Source: Podarcis bocagei
Taxonomy: Eukaryota
Assembly (NCBI GenBank): GCA_964188305.1
Contig: OZ076896.1
Direction: 5' to 3' (one strand)
DNA length: 64,000 nucleotides
Part shown: positions 23,401 to 35,400 of the stretch, in pieces
How positions within the stretch are numbered: position 1 is the first letter of the stretch
How the letters are laid out: each line of letters starts with the position of its first letter
The notes under the pieces: generated by a model
Told to the model about the DNA's origin: nothing
The model's database searches: none
What the model saw: the letters and a program-made list of their open reading frames with translations, nothing else
Translations under genes and position numbers: made by a program

Positions 23401-26400
23401 ATGCTGGCCACATGACCCGGAAAAACTGTCTGTGGACAAATGTCGGCTCCCTTGGCCAGTAAAGTGAGATGAGCACCGCAACCCCAGAGTCATTTGCGAC
23501 TGGGCTTAACTGTCAGGGGTCCTTTACCTTTACCTTACTCTGAGTATGACACAATGGATATCACTCATAGTTTGCAAGGTAATCTTTTATGATGGCGTGG
23601 GGAACCTTTTCTTCTCTCAAAGGCTACATTGCCCCAGAGATAATCTGTTAGGGGCCAAAGCCTGTGATGGTTAGGGCCAGAGTTCACGGTGGCATTTCTT
23701 TTTTCTGACATCCCTATTTCTCACCCTCAATCACAGTGGGCTGCCAGGACAGGGCAACATCACTCTTGCCTGAGCTTTAACCTGATCGCTTGCAGAGGTC
23801 TTTCCCTTTTCCCCCTTCCACCCTCAATTGCTTTCTCACTACCACACTTTTCTTCTTCTGGGTTCCTACCAACCAGCCCATGAAAAGAGAACAAGGGCTG
23901 CACGTCCCTACCCATGCTTCAGAATATACAGTGTGTATGAAATACACCCTATTCAGAATTAAATATCTTCAAACTATCACTAATTAGCAAAAGAAAGTTC
24001 TCCATGAAGCCATTTTATGCCAGCAGAAAGAATGTTCAGAATTTTTTCTGTTATAAATTGTTCAAACAACAAACCTTATGAAAATACTTTAAAAGAATTG
24101 CTCTCAGCTCTGTAGCAGACAAGGAAACCAACTTTCCCATCACATTGGCCTCACTCTGTGTGAGGATTTGAGAGGAAGCTCTGATGGAGTCCTGATGATT
24201 CTGGATACTTTCATTCTTGTAAGCGATGGCAGCTTCTAAGGTTTCAATCCCTTCTTCAAGCTGAAATAAAACATGTTCCTCCTGGCAAGAGAGCAGAGAT
24301 TATCCCACTGTACTTTAATTCCCAAAAGTGTATTTACATGATTAGCCTTTCTTAAGTGCCTTTTATTGGTAAAGTGTTCTTATTCTGTTGTTTGCAACAT
24401 AATCTTGTATCTGGCTGCTTGGTCATATACAGTGGTACCTTGGGTTAAGTACTTAAATCGTTCCAGAGGTCCGTACTTAACCTGAAACTGTTCTTAACCT
24501 GAAGCACCACTTTAGCCAATGGGGCCTCCCGCTGCCGCTACGCCGCCAGAGCATGATTTCTGTTCTCATCCTGAAGCAAAGTTCTTAACCCGAGGTAATA
24601 TTTCTGGGTTAGCGGAGTCTATAACCTGAAACGTATGTTACCTGAAGCGTATGTAACCCGAGGTACCACTGTACTGGGCTTCGGGCTCAAAAGGCAATGG
24701 CCGGACTGTTGGGACTCACAAAAACAAGAGCGAAAAGATACCAAGAAACAACTTGGGCCTTCCCTGCCTCTACACTGAGGTGGCGGCAGTACTACCAGGC
24801 AGGGTTGCTGAAGTTTAGGTGGGGGATCTTTTGCAATATAACGAAAAATCCTTCACATGATTGGCAGCATGGAGTAAGAGTTCTCGTACTGCCAACCTGT
24901 GGTCAAAAGCCCCCAAATTATTTACACGTAGGAAAATCAGCCCACAGATACAAGTGGTAATAGTATCCAGTCCTCATGTAGGTTCAATTCAATGTCAGAC
25001 TTCTAAAATTGTGCTATTAAAGTACATCCTGGTGCTCTGAATGCTTCCTGAGAATAATAATATAATAATAATAATATCTTTATTGTCATTGCCCCCTTCG
25101 GGGGTATAAGGGCCCAACCGAACCCTCTGGGGGCGGTCTGGCAAAAAGTCCAATATCCACCCACAAAGTGATAACGGAAGCCCCAGATCTTCCAGTTTAG
25201 ACATCAGACATTGTGGTAGAATGGTATTATTGAGTTGAATGACCTTACTACAATGTATGTATGCGCTGAATTCAGTGTTATTTAGATAGGTATCCTCACA
25301 ATTATTTTTTAAACTGCGTTTTGAAAAACTCTGGGGTTCATTTCTATAATAGTATTTCCAAACACTAGCTCTTTAGCTACCATTAATATAAAAGAGTCAT
25401 TCCGATTGGTTGATCATTGTGCTTAACTGAATGGAAAAGTTTACTTACTTCTGGTGACAACACTCGGCCATTCTTCAGTTTCTCATCCACACTATTCCTT
25501 CTGTTCAACAGCTGATCCCTTTCCTTTTGTAGAGCCTGGATCTCTCCCATAATCTTTTCTTGCTCATCAGTGCTGCTGCTCTGAAGCTGCATATTTTTGT
25601 CACACAACTCCTGATTCAGCATACTCAGACGAGTCGATAATCTTAAGCTGTCTTTATTGAGGGCCTATAAAGCCGCAATTGAAAACAGAATCTATTTTAG
25701 GATAACTCCTCCCCGAAATAGAACATAATAGCCACTTTATTAGAGAGTGTTTGATGACAAAACAATACAATGAATATGGTATATATCATGCCTATGGAAA
25801 CTCTGCACTTGCAGAAGTTTTGGCAACTGACACACAAATCCTTCCAAAGTTCATTGACAGTATAGGGTTGGATCCAGAGCTAATTGAATGTAACAGGGCT
25901 GGATTCCCATGGCTTCCCAAGGTCAGGGGACTGTGCTGGATGGGGCTGAGAGAGCGATCCCAGCGAGCTGAGCTCCTGCTTGTGGAAGCTGCCTCTGCTC
26001 CATTTTCAGAGATCTTCCTTCCCTTCAACTTGTGTTGCAGCTCTCCCTAATCAGAAGGGTCCTGAGATTTGAGTTACATTAAGGGTTTCTTAGAAAGCCT
26101 TTACCTACTGAAATGAGAGCACACCAGGGAAGAGAGGGAGGAAAGCAGGCAGACTTCCTCAGCTGGCTGTCCGGTGACAGATCCAGGGGGAAACTTCTAC
26201 AGGACTCTCTTTTCATTGCAAATAAAAAGAGGTGTCCACATAGAGAGAGATGTGTGTGTGTGCATTGGTAAAGAAATACCTGCACACTTGCCCAGTTTAG
26301 AAAAAAAATGGTAATGGAGGGTGTGTATGTGCTAAGCACATGCATCCCCATCAAAAAGTGCCCACTTGTGTGGATGTGTGGTTTAGGAATTAGGCAGAAA

Positions 26401-29400
26401 ATGTAAAATATCCTTGCACCAATGCACACATTGAAAACCGGATCTGAGCTCACCATAATGTGAGATCTCACCCCGTATGGGCGTAGCCCAAATTTACAAA
26501 AAAAAAAAGGTAGGGGAGAGTTATGTATATTTTGCCTGAACCTCAACCTCTTGTCCATAGCAGCACAGTGCTAACTGCTTTCACTAACACCATGTAGGGC
26601 AGGGAACTCCAAACTCGGCCCTCCAGATGATTTGGGACTACAATTCCCATCATCCCTGACCACCGGTCCTGTTAGCTAGGGAAGATGGGAGTTGTAGTCC
26701 CAAAACATCTGGAGGGCCGAGGTTGGGGATGCCTGATGTAGGGGAATGGCAGTCTGGGCCAGTGATCTGTGGGGAACTGTACCAGCCAGGAGACAAGAGC
26801 TGGAGGCAGGGGAAGCTTCAGAGCAGTAGGGTGGAGCACAGAATAGGTTAGAAGAAGAGGAGCCCAAAGCCTGGCCAGGCAAGTGAAGTGGGTGCGTCAC
26901 CATTGTCTCCTGCACTACTGTCTCCCAGAACCAGGAGATAATTGAAGTGGGAAGAGCACAAGCAACTTCCACGCAGTCTTAGGCTGCATGCATGGCGCCT
27001 TTTGGGGAAAAATACATAAACTGATGGAGGGGAAGTGGCCTCTTGTTGCTGCAACTGCTCCATAGAGTACAGACCTGGGAATAGCTGCCTACATGCAAGA
27101 CTGGTGCGCGTGAGCCATAGAAATGACTGTAAGTGGTCAGCTTCGACAATAAAGAGTTAGCTATCTGCCATGTGCATTTGTTTTGCTGCGGAGCATCCAT
27201 GACACCTCTTCGGTTAGACAGCAGCAAGCATTATTACAAAAATAAGGCACCTGGCTGGATCTCAGTTTTTTAATTTCCAAATGGCTCTTCTCTTGTGTCA
27301 GCACTTCTTTCTTGGAAATGATAGCTTCTCTTCTCTTTAAATCTTCCTCCAAATTTTTTAACTCTTGCCGCTGATGCAAAACTTTCTCTAGCTCTTCATC
27401 CAGCCATTTCTTCTTCTCTTCTAATTTCTTTAGCAAGGCAAGGAAGAAAACAGAGGAATCTTGTATATGTTCATAAATATATTCTCAGATACATGGTCTT
27501 CAACAAAGTCACTTTCCCCACATTAAAAAAAAAGCACAATCTCAGATTTCTTGGACAAGACCTAATATTGACATGTCTAAAAGGGGAGGAACTAAGACCA
27601 GACAGTTGTTTGGTTTCAGTTGACTAAGTACTGAACTGCCATCTAGATATTTAATTCAATGAAATAAACTGATAATCAATCAACTCTACACATTGGAAAA
27701 CCTCAGCAAAAGGACAGTTTCATATGAAACCTTTGTATATAGATCAAATTACAAAAAAACCCAAAACACTCAGTTGGATCCAGACTTACAGTAGGGACAT
27801 GATGACCTTATGGAGTCTCTTTCTAGAGGGTCATTCCATGCCAAATCACCTGATTTTAATACTTGGCCATGCTCTCACGACTCACATTTTCTTCATGTTT
27901 TTTTTTTTTTGTGTGTGTAGATACCTATCAGATAACCTCAAATTAATTTTTTAAGATTTTTTGGTCCAAAATTGGGCACAGGAGAATTTTTTGAAAATTT
28001 CGATTTTTGCATGATTTAGGCTAATGCAATTTCTGCATCAGTTTAGAAAAAAAAACTTCCTGTTTCACTTATTTTTCAACCGATTGGGCTTATTTTCGTA
28101 TCAAAATAAAGCTAATTGTGGTCTCTTTCAAAATAAGGTATAAAAATGGAATTAAGTGCCACAGAAAAGGGTCACTGACCATTCAAAGTGAATTTTTGTC
28201 ATTTTATTCCCGGTAGGTTCGATAAAGCCTCTCCTCTTGCAAAGAGGGGAGGGGTTGTGGGCGGGACCCGATGTTTGCCTCATGCAGGGGGCGTTGCTCC
28301 CTGCTCCCCCCACTCATCTGGCTGGCGCACAACGCTCACAGGTAAGCCCCCAATCGGGTGGCTTGGAGGGGGCGGGGTTTGCAGCTCAACCTGCTGCTGC
28401 GCCAGCCATGCGGCCTCATTTTCCGCCTTCCCGTCGCGAGTCACCCACCCTCCACTCCCTCAGAGGTCAGGGTTTTGGTTTTTTCTCTTGGCCTTGCTAT
28501 GGACCTTAGATTGGTCGCCCAGGTTGTCCAGGGGGCTTGGTAGGATTTTTTTCCATTTGGCATTAGGCCTTGTGGTTTTTTCGCCTACCTCGTAGCAATC
28601 GTCACAACTTTCTTGGTATTGGTGGGTAGGTTAGGCACTGGAATGTGTTTGTGGTGTGTGGAAGGGCTAGGTGTGGCCATTGCCTACGCCTTCAATTTTG
28701 GGTATTCCGTTAAAGGAATCCGGCGGTCGTGGATCCTGTCCGATGCCTGTGTGGCGGGGGGCCATGGCATGACCCTCGGTGACATCAGGGGAGAGCTTAT
28801 AGTTGTATTAGCATCAACAGGCTCCACCTACTGGTGAATAAACCCCCTTTTAGGCTCAACCCTCTTCAAGTGGGTGGAGTCAATTGTCGTGATCCAATGC
28901 CTAAGCCAATACTTTTTCACTTGCTGTAATCAATAAAGTTGTGGCCTTTTCTTGCCCATTAACCTTATATTACGTGTCCGTGTGTCTTCATTTCACTAAG
29001 CAGGGATCAGGTCCTCGAACCACAAGCCAAACTACAACTAACACGCCTATCATACTTTTGTTGTTGAATGGGCTAACCATGTACTTGTTATGTTTTAAAA
29101 ATAAGGAGGGTGTTTTTGTGGTTATAAAATAAATAGATTTTGAGGTATTCCCCCCCCCCAATTTTTTAATACTTTTTTTGGACAGGTTTAAGGGCTCTTT
29201 GAGCCTGAAATAACTCACACAATTGTGAGAATAGTTAAAATTGTACCCTCTGATGTTACAATGTCATCTGAAGTTATTTTAAAAATTAAGTTTTATTGAT
29301 TATTTAATAAAAACAAAATACCTCTCAGAGCCCTTGTTCATTTTTGTGTGTAAAACACTTCTGCAATGATATGGTCAAAGCTATTTTGTTTCCCATACAG

Positions 29401-32400
29401 TGGTACCTCGGGTTAAGAACTTAATTCGTTCTGGAGGTCTGTTCTTAACCTGAAACTGTTCTTAACCTGAGGTCCCACTTTAGCTAATGGGGCCTCCCAC
29501 TGCTGCCATGCCGCTGGAACACGATTTCTGTTCTCATCCTGAAGCAAAGTTCTTAACCCGATGTACTATTTCTGGGTTAGCGGAGTCTGTAACCTGAAGC
29601 GCATGTAACCTGAAGTGTATGTAACCCGAGGTACCACTGTACATGAAATATGGTCAACGATGCTGTTTTGATCACTGTATGCAATATGACCTTTCTGAAT
29701 CAGCAAGAAAAAATGTATTCATTTATTTTTGTACTTTAAGAATGTCTAACAAGTTTCTTGCGAATGAAACCAAAGGATTTGGGCAATAAGTGTCAGACTC
29801 AAGGTGCCAGGTGATTTGGTGTGGAATGACCCTAGAGCAACAGGAGTGGCAACCATAAAAGGCACCCTGTACTATAACCCCACCCTTTTCTGTTGAAAAG
29901 GTATATATGGATGACTCTGTGTTAACAGAGGAGGGGAGCAGAGAACACTGATGCAGATTACTTTGTAAACATGTCCACACAGCACAAACAGCAACTTCTG
30001 TGTTAAGCAACAATATTGTCAGAAGGAATGCAAAGGAATGCACTTTTGCAAAGTGTTATATATAAAAGCGCTCTGCAAAAAAAGAACCCTGCGTATTTCA
30101 AGCCCTACATGTCAACATAGTATCCATCTGTGTGGCTTGCAGGGATTGCATCTCAAGCTTTTTAGTAATTGCTTAATCAACCAGAGGGTTTTTAATGGTA
30201 CAGTTAAAAATTGGTTGATTAAGCTTGCCAAATAACTGAAACACTGCAATGTCTTGTTGTCGTTGTTTTCAATTAGAGAAGCATTTTTTTCTTGTGACTT
30301 TCTATTAAAAAAATTAAGTTATCAAGTTGCAGCCCTTGAGCTATACAGTAAATCCTAGCAAAGGAAGATGCTTCTGCCACAAAAATCTGTCAGTAGCATT
30401 TCAACTTGCCAGCTTTACAAAATATTGCATACCTGCAGTTGCTGAGTGGTTTCAGATGAGTTTTTTCTCTTAAATGCAGCAATTTCTTCATCTTTTAGTT
30501 TTAGAATCTTTTCCTGCTGCTCTGTCTTTTGTTGGAGCTCCTGTAAGTAAAGGAAGAATCCTTTTTACACATTAGCTCAGTTTTTGAAAGGAAAACTAAA
30601 GTTTAGTTGTTGTTATTATATATATATTTATTAAATTTATATCCTGCTTTTCCTCTCAAAGGAGCCCAGGGCGGAAATCAGACAAGCAATAAAACAATAA
30701 AACAGATGCAGCTTGGGAAAGAAAAAGGCTGGTTTAAAGAGGAAGGTCTTTAGTGGGTGCCGAAAAGATAACAGAGATGGTACCTGTTTAATATTCAACA
30801 GAACACTAAAGGTCAAAATCCAATATTGTGTGGAACGGACCTCCTAATAAGATGGTATTTGTAGGAAACCCTCTCCTGCAGAATGCAGTGGTTGACTGGG
30901 CATATAAAGGATGGGACTATTCTTTAGGCATCCTGGTCCCAAGCTGTACAGGACCTTGAACCTAGCCTGGTAGTTAATGTCTATTATTTTAGTAACAGAA
31001 AGTAGTTGTTACAGCACTGGAAGTTCTAACATATGAGTCTTAAAACAAACTGATGGGTTACAAGTATTTCAAAATATAAATATCAGGAAAAGATGTGTAT
31101 GTATCACTTCAGAATCTTCAGAGTTCTTTGGATGCAGCAATCTTTACAATGAACTCTGTAAGGCAGGCTTTTATTACTTCATACCCAGAGACAGCGATTT
31201 GCCTAGGTTACCTAGTGCATTCGGAGCTGATGTGAAATTTGAACCAGGGATTTACCTGGTTTATAAATGACACAAAAATCATCTTAGTACTGCATGATGT
31301 TCTACAGGAAAAGTGCCAAAGATATGTCTCACAGAAGGCTATGAAACTGGTATTACAGTTTTATTAGGACATACAGAAATGAAATCTCTTGCCTTTATCT
31401 GCAGTTGGCCCTGCTGAATTTCTGCCTCCAAGCTTTTCTTTTTTTCACTCTCCTCTTGCAATCTTTTCTGAAGCTGGGCTTGCTGATTTTTCATGTGACT
31501 GACATTCTGCTCCAGTTCAGTTACACGTTTCTCATTCTGGGTGGACAGCGATGCCAGTTTCTTAGTGTCCTGCTGTTTTCTTTGCAAGTCCTAATGCGAC
31601 ATAGCCAGTTTAGTCCATCTTGCTATACTGTATTGTACTATTATTGTGTTGTTTATCATTGTAAAGTGGACCACTTTAATATGTTTAACTATGTGACTTT
31701 TGTTAAGCCTCCTTGCAGTTGTTGTTTTTTAAGTAGAGAGGCAAGCTGTACAAAATATATTTTACTTTAAAGAAAAACGGGTAGGCAGAACATAAACCAG
31801 GTCTTGCATGGGGTGGGGAGCAATGGGTACTATGATGTATAAATATCATCAACCATGACCATGGGTATTTGCCTAGAAGCAGAATTTATTAACACTGCAT
31901 ACCGTATTTTTTGCCCTATAGGACGCACCGTCCCATAAGGCGCACCTAGTTTTTTGGGGGGGAAATAAAGGGAACAAAATTATTTCCCCCCGAGCTTCCC
32001 CCGACCCCAGCCCCCAAACAGGCAGCTCTCTGCAAGCTGTGGGAGCCCAGCGCTGGCTCCCGCTGCTTGCGGAGAGGTCCGTGAAGCCTGGAGAGCGAGA
32101 GGGGTCGGTGCGCACCAACCCCTCTCGCTCTCCAGGCTTCAGCGAAAGCCTGCATTCGCCCCATAGGACGCACCCAGATTTCCCCTTCATTTTTGGAGGG
32201 GGAAAGTGCGTCCTATAGGGCGAAAAATACAGTATTCCCAAAAGTAGTCCATTGCCTGGGAAATCATTTGTGAATGGTTAAATTTGCATTGCTGGTTTTA
32301 TATGGCACATATACCTGGGCTATACAAGAAATTACCTGGCTAATAAAGCAAAATGCACAATAGATGGGAATGTGCTGCAAGTCTGAAAGAGAATTGTGGG

Positions 32401-35400
32401 TAGTACCAATATAGGAAGTGGTATAAATAGATGCTACCTAGTAATTCCAAACCAATGACTTCCTGATCAATGGCTCTGTTTCTAAGCCACCATGCTCTAC
32501 CAACCCTAAACTATTTATTTGTTTGAGAGAATACTATCATAAAGTTGATACAATGGAGTACATAAGATCCTACGTCAACTTGCCATGTAAGGAAATTGGG
32601 AAATTAGTTTCCCAACTACACCTACCTGTACTTTTAGCTTTGCTGTATCCATCTTCTTTCTAAATTCTTTTTGTAACCTGGCTTTTTCAGCAATGTCTCG
32701 TAGTTCCTTGTTCTCTAGCTCCTGCAGTTGCTTTTGTGTTTCAGCTAAATCCATTTTGGCCTGCTCTGCTTCGTGCTCAAGTTGTGTTACTTTCAGTGAA
32801 TACTGCTTACTTACAGATTGGGCATCATTACCTTAAACATCCACAAATTAAAAGCAAAGGCATCATTTGTAAGTTTTGACAATGTAGCAGCTCACTGGTC
32901 AAAAGGAACTTCTTCCCTTTTTTAAAAAAACCCCCACAAACCAATTAATCTTTATCTCTCTCTCTCTCTGCATACACATATATATCACCCCCCTTTTCTC
33001 CAAGTTGTGGTTGTGTCCTCCCCACCTACCACTTTATTAGACTGAAATGGACTTACTAACCCACGGACATGGGGCGAGGAGAGGAAGTTCTGTTGCATAA
33101 GTGGAACTCCTTGTGCATATGGATGATTTCCTTGAATAGAGTGCCAAGTTACCAATTCTGTGTTTTGGGACGTTTTGGCTCCCAAATAACAAAAATGTGG
33201 AAGTAAGTGTTCTGGTTTTTGAACATTTTTTGGAAGCCAAACATTCAATGTGGCTTCTGCTTGATGCAAGAAGCTCCTGCAACCAATCAGAAGTCTTGGT
33301 TGTCGAACATTTCAAAAGCTGAACGGGCTTCTGGAATGGATTACTGTATTTTTCACCCCATTAGACGCACCGCCCCATAGGACGCACCTAGTTTTTATGG
33401 GGGGGGGGAATAAAGAAAAAAAAATTATTTCCACCCCAGGCGCGGGGCTGGCGCGGGGGAAGCCCGAGCTTCCCCCGACCCCAGCCCCCAGAACAGCCTG
33501 CTATCTGCAAGCCTAGGGAGCCGCGCCGTCTCCCCAGGCTTGCGGAGAACTGCGTGAAGCCCGGGCGCGCTCTTCAGCGCGCCCCAGGCTTCAGAATGCA
33601 GGCAGCTCTGCGCAACCCTTTGGAGCCTGGCACGGCTTCGCGCCGGGCTCCGTAGGGTCACACAGAGCTGAGCGACGCCCGGGAGCGCAGGCAGCTCTGT
33701 GTGACCCTTTGGAGCCCGGCGCGGCTTCGCACCGGGCTCCGTAGGGTTGCGCAGAGCTGAGCGACCCCCGGGAGCGCAGGCAGCTCTACGCAACCCTTCG
33801 GAGCCCGCGTGTCTTCGAGCCAGTCTCCCAAGGATTGTGCAGAGCTTCCTGAAGCCTGGAGAGTGAGAGGGGTCGGTGGGCACCGACCCCTCTCGCTCTC
33901 CAGGCTTCAGCGAAAGCCTGCATTCACCCCACAGGACACACACACATTTCCCCTTCATTTTTGGAGGGGAAAAAGTGCGTCCTATAGGGCGAAAAATACG
34001 GTACATTCGACAACCAAGGTTTGACTGTAACAGTAATTAAGGTATCATTTTTGACATGTTTCCATTTTTATAAAATTCAACTTTCAAAATCCAGTTACCT
34101 GTTTTCACCAGCTCTTTAATAAGTTCTTCCTTCATTCTGATATTAAGGGCCAGTTCACTCATTTTTTGCTTAGCAGCAATAAGCTTTAGTTCTGAGTTCT
34201 TCAATTTCTGCCTATTCAGTATTTGACTTTTCTGAATACATTCAATATCAGCACCTCGGAAAGAAAGAATCATCTTTTAAAGAATGTACAGCTCATTTCA
34301 GAGCTTAAAGAGATTTTTAGCTATAAATCTGCTTTAGCACCCATGGAGCAAAAGTAGATTTCATATTTAGTAAGTAAAATTAATTTATATTTTTGAACAA
34401 GAGAGGACACTCAGACACCACCCACTTGTTAAAGTCGTCTACAGAGGGTGAACCAACTCAGAATCTAGTCTTCCAGCCACATCCACGTCCCCACACCTGG
34501 TACAGACCTTGGTTAACAATTTGTGCCACATTGGTTAATATGTTTGTGGTAGTATGTTGTGCTAGAACATGGTAAAAGGCATGTCCAATGCCACTTGCAT
34601 TTGAGCATGAGCAATCAATGTTGTGAAGTAGATGCTGCAATCCTTAAATGAAGGGTGGTATAGAAATTTACCCCTTCATGGATCACTGCCTTGCCGTGGC
34701 AAAGGGGCTTGAATAACTCAAGAGAAGCTATGAGCTGTGCCGTGCAGGGCCACCCAAGACGGACAGGTCATAGCCGAGAGTTTAGACTAAATGTGATCCA
34801 CCTGGAGAAGGAACTGGCAAACCACTCCAGTATTTTGCCAAGAAAACTCCATGGACATACATAAAAAAGGAACTTTGAGAAGAAAGTGAGAGTTTCCAAG
34901 GCATGCTCTGGTTCGTGGGGTCACAGAGAGTCGAACACGACTAAGACGACTAAACAACAACAGAAAGTTAATAAATAATAATATGATGGCAACTTCTATT
35001 CCTTTTTATGCATTTTTTGCTGAGTTTTGTAAAGATTACAATGGTTAGCACCCTATGGCAAATGTCACACTCCCAAATTAATCTTACAGATCCTGATCAA
35101 TGTTTCCACACTACAAGACCAATACTACTCATTGGACCCTAATGTCCCTAATAATTATTAGTAGAATGCACGATACATGAAAATGTTTTTTTGCATCGTA
35201 GCATCCATTTCCTTTCCTTACCTGTATCAGTTTCCATCTGTAAAATGTTTTCATTTTGTGAAATGGAATTGTGCTGCATTTCTTTTGGTTCATGTGTAGA
35301 GCTGGGAGGAGCTTGTTTTCGTGTCCATGTACGATTTAAGGAGCGTCTAGAGTAAAATATATATATATAAAAATTGCTTGGACAGTGTTCTAGAAGCCAC

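Noticed and set aside
26600-26735. Pre-miRNA hairpin (also 55518-55652)
   Set aside because: Explained by a multicopy palindromic hAT MITE with 8-bp TSDs; no small-RNA evidence is available.
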